DNA of 32,000 nucleotides. It comes from Candidatus Acidulodesulfobacterium ferriphilum (GTDB taxonomy: Bacteria; SZUA-79; Acidulodesulfobacterales; Acidulodesulfobacteraceae). The position numbers and the translations under genes were made by a program. This document shows positions 10,094-18,455 of the stretch, piece by piece; within the stretch, counting starts at the first letter, position 1; each line of letters opens with the position of its first letter. The stretch is taken from positions 384,368 to 416,367 of the forward strand of contig SGBD01000001.1 in the NCBI GenBank assembly GCA_004195035.1, in the 5' to 3' direction. Under the pieces are notes generated by a model. That model saw only the letters and a list, made by a program, of their open reading frames with translations, had not been told where the DNA came from and did no database searches.

Positions 10094-11228
10094 TTATTCC
10101 TTTGCCTTTACTCCCAGCAAATATGCGCTTATAAATTCATCTATATCCCCGTCAAAAACACTCTGGTCGTCATAAACGGTTACCCCCGTTCTATGATCTT
10201 TTATTACACGGTTTGGATTGAGCGTGTAAGACCTTATCTGAGAACCCCATGATATATCTTTTTTGGTTTTTTGAAGCTTGCTTTCCTCTTCCTCTTTTTT
10301 CTTTTTATAATAATCGTATAGTCTTGCCCTTAACAGCTTATATGCAACATCCTTGTTTTTATGCTGGGACCTTTCATTTTGACATGCCACAACAATCCCG
10401 GTCGGAATATGAGTGATTCTGACGGCCGAATCGGTAGTGTTTACATGCTGTCCGCCAGCCCCGCTAGAACGATATGTATCTATCCTTAAATCTTTTTCAT
10501 CTATGACGATGTCGATATTATCGTCTATTTCAGGATAGACAAAAACAGAGGCAAAGGATGTATGCCTTCTTTTATTGGCATCAAAGGGGGAAATCCTGAC
10601 AAGCCTGTGAACCCCGATTTCAGCCTTAAGGTAGCCGTAAGCAAATTCACCGTACACAACAAATGTCACGCTTTTAACACCGGCTTCTTCGCCGGCGTTA
10701 TACTCCATTATAATGGTTTTAAATCTTTTTCGTTCCGCCCATCTTAAATACATTCTCAAAAGCATGTTTGCAAAATCCATAGACTCCGTTCCGCCGGAAC
10801 CTGCGTGAATTTCAACAATAGCGTTAAGCTTATCGTCTTTTCCCGAAAGAGTGAGATCTATTTCTAAACCAGAAATCTCTTTTTCAAGCGGCTTTAGGCT
10901 CTCCGCAAGGTCGGATAACATATTTTCATCGTTAGCCTCTAAAGACAGAGCATATAAATCCTTTATATGTTTAAATTCGCCATAGACCTTATAAAACGGC
11001 TTCAATCTATTTTCAATTGCCGACTTTTCCTTTAGCACCGATGTCGAAAAAGAAATATCGTTATAAAATCCCTCTTTTGCGGTTATCCCGTCTATTTCTT
11101 TAAGCCTGTCCTTTAGTCTGGCAACTTCAAAGCCTCCTCCCTATTTTTTCAAGTTTATCGTCAAGACCTTTTACCATTCTATCCAGAAGGCTTAAATTTA
11201 AAACATCGCTTACCTTTGAATCAGACAC
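10094..11228 (-). CDS. prfB: Peptide chain release factor 2, requires programmed +1 frameshift
   Basis: The tracked ORF (10094-11038) contains SPF and GGQ (SGAGGQHVNTTDSAVR). Its frame stays open upstream to 11128. A 34-codon frame-0 ORF (GTG 11228, preceded by AAGGGAG) ends at the in-frame TGA at 11129-11127, within GGGAGGAGG-CTT-TGA-A. Confidence 0.9.
11127..11141 (-). promoter_or_regulatory. prfB autoregulatory +1 frameshift site (internal SD-like GGGAGGAGG + CTT TGA)
   Basis: The minus strand reads GGGAGGAGGCTTTGA. Skipping the T after CTT joins the upstream reading to GAA GTT GCC ..., which is in frame with the RF2 body (11128-11038 = 90 nt). Confidence 0.85.
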
Positions 11229-11257
11229 TATATAATCTCCCTTAAATATTATAAAAT

Positions 11258-12832
11258 TTAAATCCGCCTTTTAAAAGATTTATTTAAAAAAAGGTATGAT
11301 ATTATTAAATATATTAAAGATAAAGAAAAAAGAGCAGTAACGATATAAGTAAATATATTACCATATAAAGCAAAAAAAGTCTTTTTATTAATTAATTTTA
11401 CATATCCTATCATAAATGTTCTTTTGAAAATGCCTGTTTCTTCCAGTATTTTACCGGTTGGAGATATTATTCCGCTAATTCCGGAGTTTCCAGCCCTTGC
11501 CACATACCTGTCGTTTTCTACTGCCGAAAAAACGGTCATAGACATATCCTGATACGGCGCGGATGTCTTTCCGTACCAGGCGTCGTCCGTAATACTGATT
11601 AAAAGATTAGCGCCGTCTTTTGAAAAATTTCTTACCAATGAGTTAAAATATGCTTCATAGCATATCATGGAACCCGCCTTAATCTTACCGTCTTTTAAAA
11701 TTCTAAATTTTTTACCCGCAGTGAAATTTCCGATTCCCGCTCCTTTTAAAATATGGGCTAAAAAAGGAAATTGATGCCTTAACGGAATATATTCGCCAAA
11801 CGGAACGAGATGATTTTTATCGTAATAAGAATATCTTCCCGATTTGTCAAACATATAATCTCTGTTATAATAGAGGTATTTTCCGTTTAAAAACCTGACG
11901 CCTATGGCTCCAAAAATTAAATTGATATTGCTTTTTTTTACAAAATCCATAATTTTGTTCCAATAGTACGGATAGAATGATATGATGTATGGAAGCGCCG
12001 TTTCAGGCCATACGACAATTTTGGGCTTGTATTTTAACGATTTTTTAGTTAAATTTAAATAAATTTTGGTAGTCCTTTTTTTTGTAATCCTCCATTTTTG
12101 AAACATCCCGATATTTCCTTGAATTAAAGCAACTTCCAGCGGCTTTTTGTTCTTTAACGATGCCCTTACGGAATAAATATTATAATAGCCGTACAATATA
12201 ACCGAAATAAAGATAAGTAAAACCAAAATCAGCTCAAAAAGCGCCTGTTTTTTTGATATTTCATTTTTAAAGAATATAAAGTGGAAAATGGAGTAATTTA
12301 TAAGAACTATGATGAAAGAAAGTCCAAACGCCCCCGTTATATTGGAAATTTGGATGAATGGAAGATTTAAATATTGGGAAAAACCCAAATTTTCCCACGG
12401 AAAACCTGTCAGCAGGTTTGATTTCAGAAACTCAAAAAAAACCCAGCATGACGGAATTAAAATAATGCTTAATCTTTTATAATTATTTAACAAAATTTTA
12501 CCGAACCCTGCAAATAAAGCGATGTACAGGCTTAAATAAGCGGAAAGAAGCAGAAGGGCAAAGACGGCTGTATAATATGGAAGGTTTCCAAAAACATGGA
12601 CGGTATATACTATCCAGTACATTATAAAAATATAGGAAACAAGTCCTGCTATAAAGCCGTAAAAAAACGAATCTTTGAAGCCTCTGGATTTCTTTATTAC
12701 ATATAAAAGAGGGATGAGGGCAAACCATGCAAGAAACTCAAGATTGAAATTCGGAAACAAAAAAGCTATAAGCAATCCCGATAAGGCGGATAAAGCGGCT
12801 CTCATTAAAAAGTCTCTGGAAATTTTCGGCAT
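11258..12832 (-). CDS. lnt: Apolipoprotein N-acyltransferase Lnt
   Basis: 524-aa ORF with a multi-TM N-terminal half and a C-terminal CN-hydrolase domain containing ..VVWPE.. and ..ICYEA.. (catalytic Glu/Cys context). Confidence 0.9.
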   Translation of the reverse strand: MPKISRDFLMRAALSALSGLLIAFLFPNFNLEFLAWFALIPLLYVIKKSRGFKDSFFYGFIAGLVSYIFIMYWIVYTVHVFGNLPYYTAVFALLLLSAYLSLYIALFAGFGKILLNNYKRLSIILIPSCWVFFEFLKSNLLTGFPWENLGFSQYLNLPFIQISNITGAFGLSFIIVLINYSIFHFIFFKNEISKKQALFELILVLLIFISVILYGYYNIYSVRASLKNKKPLEVALIQGNIGMFQKWRITKKRTTKIYLNLTKKSLKYKPKIVVWPETALPYIISFYPYYWNKIMDFVKKSNINLIFGAIGVRFLNGKYLYYNRDYMFDKSGRYSYYDKNHLVPFGEYIPLRHQFPFLAHILKGAGIGNFTAGKKFRILKDGKIKAGSMICYEAYFNSLVRNFSKDGANLLISITDDAWYGKTSAPYQDMSMTVFSAVENDRYVARAGNSGISGIISPTGKILEETGIFKRTFMIGYVKLINKKTFFALYGNIFTYIVTALFSLSLIYLIISYLFLNKSFKRRI

Positions 12833-12872
12833 TATAGAATTAAGGTCATTTATTTAAACTTCGTTTGAATTT

Positions 12873-13754
12873 CTAAAGAACCTTTTTCGATTCTTCCCAT
12901 AAGTCGTCAAGTTTTTGAGGACCGAGTTCGGAAAACGGAAGCAAAGCTTTCTTCTCCATATAACCGAATCTTTCTATAAATTTATTCGATGATTTATTTA
13001 AAGCATTGCAGGGATGAATATCCATAAATCTTCCTATATTAACAATCGAAAATATTATATCCCCGTATTCCTCTTTAATCTTGTTTAAAATATTTTCATC
13101 TTTCGGTTTATCTTTACTTTTATTTAATTCATTTAATTCATTTTTAAGTTCGGCAAGCTCTTCATAAATCTTATTAAAGGCATCGCCTAAATTGTCGAAA
13201 TCAAATCCTAATCTTTTAGCCTTTTCCTGTATCATATTAGCCCTGTGAAGAGCGGGCAAGCTTTCGGATACATACACGGAGGAGTTTTTTGTTTTTGAAG
13301 GGGCTCCGATGTTTTGTTGTTTTTCCATTTTCTCTTCAGCCTTAATTCTTTCCCAATTTTTAAGAATAACATCGTCTAAACACTCCCCCTCTTTTAATGA
13401 AAAAGAGGCATCAAAAACATGCGGATGCCTTCTGAGCAATTTTTTAATTATGGCATTTACGACATCGTCTAATGAAAATTCTTTCTTTTCTTCGTATATG
13501 TCGGATAAAAATATGACCTGGAGTAGCAAATCGCCCAACTCTTCCATTATCTCTATCTTTTCCCCCGAACTTATCGCATCTACGACTTCGTAGGCTTCTT
13601 CTATAACATAGGGCTTTAATGTCTCTTCGGTCTGTTTTCTATCCCATGGGCAACCCTCTTCCGACCGCAATTTCTTGACTATGTTTATTAGTCCCTGAAT
13701 CCCTGAATATTTTTCATAGTTTTCATAATTTTTCATATTCTTTTGACCAATCAT
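12873..13754 (-). CDS. mazG: Nucleoside triphosphate pyrophosphohydrolase MazG (tandem MazG domains)
   Basis: 293-aa ORF with CPWDRKQT...E.YE..DAI......EELGDLLLQV and a second EELAE...EE.GD..FS.VN domain. Confidence 0.85.
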   Translation of the reverse strand: MIGQKNMKNYENYEKYSGIQGLINIVKKLRSEEGCPWDRKQTEETLKPYVIEEAYEVVDAISSGEKIEIMEELGDLLLQVIFLSDIYEEKKEFSLDDVVNAIIKKLLRRHPHVFDASFSLKEGECLDDVILKNWERIKAEEKMEKQQNIGAPSKTKNSSVYVSESLPALHRANMIQEKAKRLGFDFDNLGDAFNKIYEELAELKNELNELNKSKDKPKDENILNKIKEEYGDIIFSIVNIGRFMDIHPCNALNKSSNKFIERFGYMEKKALLPFSELGPQKLDDLWEESKKVL

Positions 13755-13787
13755 AATATAGCCTCTTATTTTGAAAGAAAAGGGGAT

Positions 13788-14552
13788 TTAAAAATAAAAC
13801 AGTTTAAAAATTAGAGCGGTTATCAGGACGCCTATTAAACTGCCGACAAAAACCTCGAGCCTTGTATGAATACCGCTATTTATTCGGGAAAAGGCTATAA
13901 GCAAAGCCAGAACAAATGTAAGAAGCGAAACAACAGGGTTTAATGTTAAAAATGAAACCATCAGCCATATTGAAAAAGCAATAGCGGAGTGCCCGCTCGG
14001 CAGCCCGCCCCGAAGCGGCGTACCCTTATTAAACATTGCCTTTATTATGATTATAGCGACAAAAACAAGCGATATAACAACGATTGCGATGTCCGAACCC
14101 GGTGTCCTTATCATATTTACAATGTAGTATATCATATAATAAAGATATTTTGAAAATATTTCATAACCTACTATAAAAGCTCCAAAAGCCGACAAAAGAA
14201 CCGCCCCTGCCGCCAAATTTTTTACGGCAGCCATTTTTGGGGACTGTTCTTTAGAAATAAAGTCGGACAAATATTCTATGGAAGTGTTCACGGTTTCGGC
14301 AAATAAGACAAAAAATACGGAAATGAATATCAGGAGCAGGTCGATTTTGGGCAACCGTAAAAAAAGGGCAAGCAAAATTGCGCTTAAAGCAACTATAAAA
14401 TGAATCCGCATATTCCTTTCGGTCTTAGTTGCAAGTATTATTCCTTCTATTGCCGCATTTAACGATTCGGTCAATGTTTGCGGAGTATATTTTTTATCCC
14501 TATGCTTATAATCGTCTTTAATTTTAATATGGTTGCTTTCCATGATATTCAA
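13788..14552 (-). CDS. Fusion protein: DgkA-type lipid kinase (N) + PAP2 lipid phosphatase (C)
   Basis: Residues ~25-135 resemble prokaryotic diacylglycerol/undecaprenol kinase (..ERNMRIH.., ..AETVNTSIE.., ..K..AAGAVL..). Residues ~165-254 carry PAP2 motifs (K-x-R-G, PSGH, SRINSGIHT..E). Confidence 0.7.
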   Translation of the reverse strand: MNIMESNHIKIKDDYKHRDKKYTPQTLTESLNAAIEGIILATKTERNMRIHFIVALSAILLALFLRLPKIDLLLIFISVFFVLFAETVNTSIEYLSDFISKEQSPKMAAVKNLAAGAVLLSAFGAFIVGYEIFSKYLYYMIYYIVNMIRTPGSDIAIVVISLVFVAIIIIKAMFNKGTPLRGGLPSGHSAIAFSIWLMVSFLTLNPVVSLLTFVLALLIAFSRINSGIHTRLEVFVGSLIGVLITALIFKLFYF

Positions 14553-15079
14553 ATCTTATCGAATAATAGTTTTTGCATATCCTTCATTTCTTTATCGTAA
14601 GTTTCATCGTTAATATCTAAAATATGCTCTTCGTCATGAACATATCCAAAAAGATGTAAAATTCCGTGAATTATCAAAAGGGCTAATTCTTTGTTGAATC
14701 CGTTAATCTTGCAGGGATTTATGCCCCTGCTATTGTTACATGTAATCCATTTTTCTTTCTCCCAAAAATCCTTGTATTTTAAATAGTTTTTCCGGGCAAC
14801 GGACGGAGCTATATAAATTTCTCCTATATGAAAAATATCCCCCTCATACTCTTTGATTTCAAAGGATAAAACATCGGTCGCGGCATCTTTATGCAGGTAA
14901 GCTTTATTTAGTTTCCGTATATAGGCAGGGGAGCAAAAAATTATATCGATTTCGTAAGAACCGCAAAAAAGATTTAGGATAGCGCTATGAACGATATAAC
15001 GGACTAACCTTTGATTTATTCCCTGCTTCCTTTGGAGATTCGTTATATTTACTATCTTCTTTGGCTTCCGTTTCTTCAT
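14549..15079 (-). CDS. ybeY: rRNA maturation endoribonuclease YbeY
   Basis: 176-aa ORF with ATDVLSF and the HGILHLFGYVH zinc-binding His triad. The ORF start at 15079 overlaps the upstream gene by 95 nt, so the exact start is uncertain. Confidence 0.85.
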   Translation of the reverse strand: MKKRKPKKIVNITNLQRKQGINQRLVRYIVHSAILNLFCGSYEIDIIFCSPAYIRKLNKAYLHKDAATDVLSFEIKEYEGDIFHIGEIYIAPSVARKNYLKYKDFWEKEKWITCNNSRGINPCKINGFNKELALLIIHGILHLFGYVHDEEHILDINDETYDKEMKDMQKLLFDKI

Positions 15080-17300
15080 ATTCTAGTGACCTGCCCGTAT
15101 AAGGAATTCTTTGGTGAAAAACGCTGTTCAACACTTTAACGAATGCCGACCCTATAATATGCAGGTCTTTTAATGTCAACTCGCACTCATCGAGTTGTCC
15201 GTCGCTATAAATTCTATTCACCGTCTTTCTAACCATTAATTCTAACCGGGATGGAGAAATATTAACCATTGTCCTTGAAATAGCCTCGACGGAATCGGCT
15301 AACATTATTATACCGGCTTCCTTGGTTTGGGGCTTTTTCCCGTTGTATCTGAATGTGTCTTTGGAAAGACCCTCGTCTTTATTCTCCTTAGAAGCCTTCT
15401 CGTAAAATGCTCCAATCATGGATGTTCCATGATGTTCGCTAATTATATTTTCGACCCTGGTTCCCAATCTATATTTTTTTGAAAGCTCCTGCCCCTCTTT
15501 AACATGGGAGGCTATTATCAAACTGCTCATCGTCGGGGCAAGTTTATCGTGCGGGTTTTCTCGATTAGATATATTTTCGATATAATAATTTGGTTTTATG
15601 ATCTTTCCTATGTCGTGATACAGGCTCGCGACTCTTGTCAGCAAGGGGTTTGCGCCGATGGCAAATGCGGCTGATTCCGCCAGTGTGGCAACCATTATCG
15701 AATGCTGATAGGTGCCGGGAGCCGCAATGGATAATTGTTTTAACAAAGGGTGATTGGTATTTGAAAGCTCAAGCAGTTTAAAATCCGTCGTATATCCAAA
15801 AATCCTTTCAAGTAAAGGTATCAGCCCGATTACCATTATGGATGAAATAACGCCCGATAAAAACGCAAAGACAATGCTGTAAATGTTCTGGATATTGATC
15901 AGGTTAAGCCTCATTAAAGCGAATGCGATAACTATGCAGACATTTAAAACGCCGGTTATAACCCCCGCTTTCACTATTCTGCCCCATGAAGAAAAGTCAA
16001 AAACCTCATAGGATGCGATTAAGCTCCCGCCAAATGTGTAAATCATAAAAAAGATGGAGTTTTTGAAAATTATCGATGTTAAAATCGAAAAAAGGGCTAT
16101 ATAAACAACCGAAACCTCCGAATTCAACACTATTCTAATCAGCATGGGACCGAAGGCAAAGGGTATTAAATAATAAATATCGTTACGATTAATAAACGGA
16201 AAATATAAAGTCAGGGCATTCGCGAAAATAATCCCCGCTTTAATTATCAAAATAGATGTTATTAAAATCGTAATGATAAAAAGAATATTCTTGAAATCAA
16301 GCGATAATCTGAACTTCCTGATATATCTATAAGGAAAAATATAGGAAAGAGACAAAAGAATTACGACAACAAAAAATAGGCCGATCAGGGAGGGAATATT
16401 GTTTTCTAATTTAAATATCGATTCGTAGGTATTTAACTCGAGAGCCTTGGATTTAGTGATAAGCTTGCCCGCATTAATCAGAAGCATACCTTTATCCACA
16501 TGTATATAGATAAGCGGGGTTTTCTTTTTAATATCCTCGATTTTTTTTAGCGTAAGATATTTAGAATACACAATATCAGGCTTAATAACACGGTAAACCA
16601 ATTTATATATATCGTTCTGCATATAAGACGGCAAAAAGCTCAAATACTGCCTCGTATAATAATATGTAAAACCTTTAACCTTGTTTAGTGTGAAAAATAT
16701 CTGGGGATAGCCTATTATCCTTGAGCTGTTTGTTATAACATTTCTTATTTCTATCTTTTTATCATTCGAAGGCGGCTCTGACAAAACACCTTTTTTATAA
16801 ATATCGTCAACTATTTTTAAAATATAATTTTCGACATTTTTATTATAATTTAAAAAATAAAACTCGTTGAGGGTGGCTTTGTCTAATTTTATGCCAAGCT
16901 TCGAAGCGAATATATTCCCTGATACGGCTAAATTTCCATTATTTTGCGGATGAGCATGTTTATAAGATCTTGCAAAGGCAAAAGCCCTCCTTATCTTTCT
17001 CAGGAGCGTTACCTTGACTTCGGGGTAAAACAAGTAAACATCGGGGGTATTTTCAATTTTTTGTTTAAGCAGGTTGTTGGTCGCCTTTACATTAATATAC
17101 CTAAAACTTTTCTCGGCTATTATTGTCTTTTTTGCAATTTCACCCGCTTTGTACTTGTTCTTAATGAATTCCACGCCGTTGTAAAGCAAAAAGGTCAAAA
17201 ATATTGAGGATATTAAAAGTAATGCTAAAAGGGGATAATAACGGTTTCCTGCTTCTAAGGCGTTATTTTTTAGAAATTCGAGAAATTTCGTTCGTTTCAT
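14985..17300 (-). CDS. pgpH: Membrane 7TM receptor with cytoplasmic HD/HDIG phosphohydrolase domain (PgpH/YqfF-like)
   Basis: 771-aa ORF with an N-terminal TM segment, an extracytoplasmic region, a block of ~7 TM segments, then HS..VA.LAE.., SLYHDIGK and ..SEHHGT.. HD-domain motifs. It lies within the phoH-pgpH-ybeY conserved order. Confidence 0.8.
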   Translation of the reverse strand: MKRTKFLEFLKNNALEAGNRYYPLLALLLISSIFLTFLLYNGVEFIKNKYKAGEIAKKTIIAEKSFRYINVKATNNLLKQKIENTPDVYLFYPEVKVTLLRKIRRAFAFARSYKHAHPQNNGNLAVSGNIFASKLGIKLDKATLNEFYFLNYNKNVENYILKIVDDIYKKGVLSEPPSNDKKIEIRNVITNSSRIIGYPQIFFTLNKVKGFTYYYTRQYLSFLPSYMQNDIYKLVYRVIKPDIVYSKYLTLKKIEDIKKKTPLIYIHVDKGMLLINAGKLITKSKALELNTYESIFKLENNIPSLIGLFFVVVILLSLSYIFPYRYIRKFRLSLDFKNILFIITILITSILIIKAGIIFANALTLYFPFINRNDIYYLIPFAFGPMLIRIVLNSEVSVVYIALFSILTSIIFKNSIFFMIYTFGGSLIASYEVFDFSSWGRIVKAGVITGVLNVCIVIAFALMRLNLINIQNIYSIVFAFLSGVISSIMVIGLIPLLERIFGYTTDFKLLELSNTNHPLLKQLSIAAPGTYQHSIMVATLAESAAFAIGANPLLTRVASLYHDIGKIIKPNYYIENISNRENPHDKLAPTMSSLIIASHVKEGQELSKKYRLGTRVENIISEHHGTSMIGAFYEKASKENKDEGLSKDTFRYNGKKPQTKEAGIIMLADSVEAISRTMVNISPSRLELMVRKTVNRIYSDGQLDECELTLKDLHIIGSAFVKVLNSVFHQRIPYTGRSLEYEETEAKEDSKYNESPKEAGNKSKVSPLYRS

Positions 17301-18357
17301 AGGCTTTTATTATATTTTGAACAAGTTTATGCCTTAGCACATCAGTCCCGTTAAAATGTACTACTTCGATCCCTGAGGTATTGTTTAAAATCTTGCTTGC
17401 GGTTAAGAGACCTGATTCTTTATCTAAAGGAAGATCGGTTTGCGTTATATCGCCGTTTACGACAATTTTTGAACCTGAACCGATTCTTGTAAGCATCATC
17501 TTCATCTGTTCGTTTGTGGCATTTTGCGCTTCATCCAATATTATAAAAGAGTTATTGAGGGTTCTGCCCCTCATAAACGCGATCGGCGCAACCTCTATAA
17601 CATCCGTTTCGATAAGTTTCATTACTTTATCAAACTCGAGCATCTCGTATAGAGCGTCATATAAAGGTCTTAAGTAAGGATTGATTTTTTGTGAAATGTC
17701 TCCGGGTAAAAACCCCAATTTTTCACCGGCTTCTACGGCGGGGCGCGTTAATATTATTCTGTCAAACAGCTTTTTTTGAAATAACGACACTGCACAAGCC
17801 ATAGCAAGATAAGTTTTTCCAGTCCCTGCAGGCCCGACCCCGATAACTATATCGTTTTTATAAATGGCGTCCACATATTTTTTTTGATTTATCGTTCGGG
17901 GAGCTACAATCTTTTTTCTCGGGGTTATTAAGACGGAATTATAAAAATTGGCGCCGATATTTTGACCGGGGCTTTCAGTTTTCATCTTTGCCAGTCTTAT
18001 TAAATCGTTATCCGTAACAACTTTATTTGTTTTATATAAATCTATGAGGTCATATATAAATTCGCCGCAAATTCTCACATTTTCCTTACTGCCCTTAACC
18101 AACAAAACATTGCCCCTGACCGATATATCGACGGCAAATTCAGCCCCGATAATATCTAAGATATGCGAGGATGGGCTGGAAAACTTATTGAAAAGGTCAA
18201 TGTCTTCCAACTCGATCTTTTCAATACGGGCGGAAACATTTTCTTTCGGCTCGCACTCCTTTACCATAACCGCCTGCGCCGTTTTCCGCTCCGCAGCTGC
18301 TGCCTTCCGTATTTTATCGATGTTTCTCAAATTATGTTTTTGACGACCTCTCGGCAC
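17263..18357 (-). CDS. phoH: PhoH-like ATPase (YbeZ family)
   Basis: 364-aa ORF with Walker A GPAGTGKTYLA, Walker B ..FIILDEAQN.. and the GD.TQ.DLP motif. The annotated GTG start at 18357 has no SD, so the true start may be internal. Confidence 0.85.
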   Translation of the reverse strand: MPRGRQKHNLRNIDKIRKAAAAERKTAQAVMVKECEPKENVSARIEKIELEDIDLFNKFSSPSSHILDIIGAEFAVDISVRGNVLLVKGSKENVRICGEFIYDLIDLYKTNKVVTDNDLIRLAKMKTESPGQNIGANFYNSVLITPRKKIVAPRTINQKKYVDAIYKNDIVIGVGPAGTGKTYLAMACAVSLFQKKLFDRIILTRPAVEAGEKLGFLPGDISQKINPYLRPLYDALYEMLEFDKVMKLIETDVIEVAPIAFMRGRTLNNSFIILDEAQNATNEQMKMMLTRIGSGSKIVVNGDITQTDLPLDKESGLLTASKILNNTSGIEVVHFNGTDVLRHKLVQNIIKAYETNEISRISKK

Positions 18358-18370
18358 TTATAAATTTATA

Positions 18371-18399
18371 TTTATAGTTAATTATAACATTATAGTCAA
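18371..18399 (-). promoter_or_regulatory. Candidate sigma70-type promoter upstream of phoH
   Basis: The minus strand reads TTGACT (18399-18394), a 17-nt spacer, then TATAAA (18376-18371). A second TTGACT lies at 18407-18402. The AT-rich context makes chance matches likely. Confidence 0.3.
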
Positions 18400-18422
18400 A
18401 AAAGTCAAAATCGCAAGATTTA

Positions 18423-18444
18423 AAATATGGCGTCTGCCATATTT
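18423..18444 (-). terminator. Possible terminator hairpin downstream of the 347-aa island gene
   Basis: A 9-bp stem AAATATGGC/GCCATATTT with a 4-nt loop lies 12 nt after the stop at 18456. The T-tract is mostly inside the stem and weak beyond it. Confidence 0.3.
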
Positions 18445-18455
18445 AAGCCTGAAAT

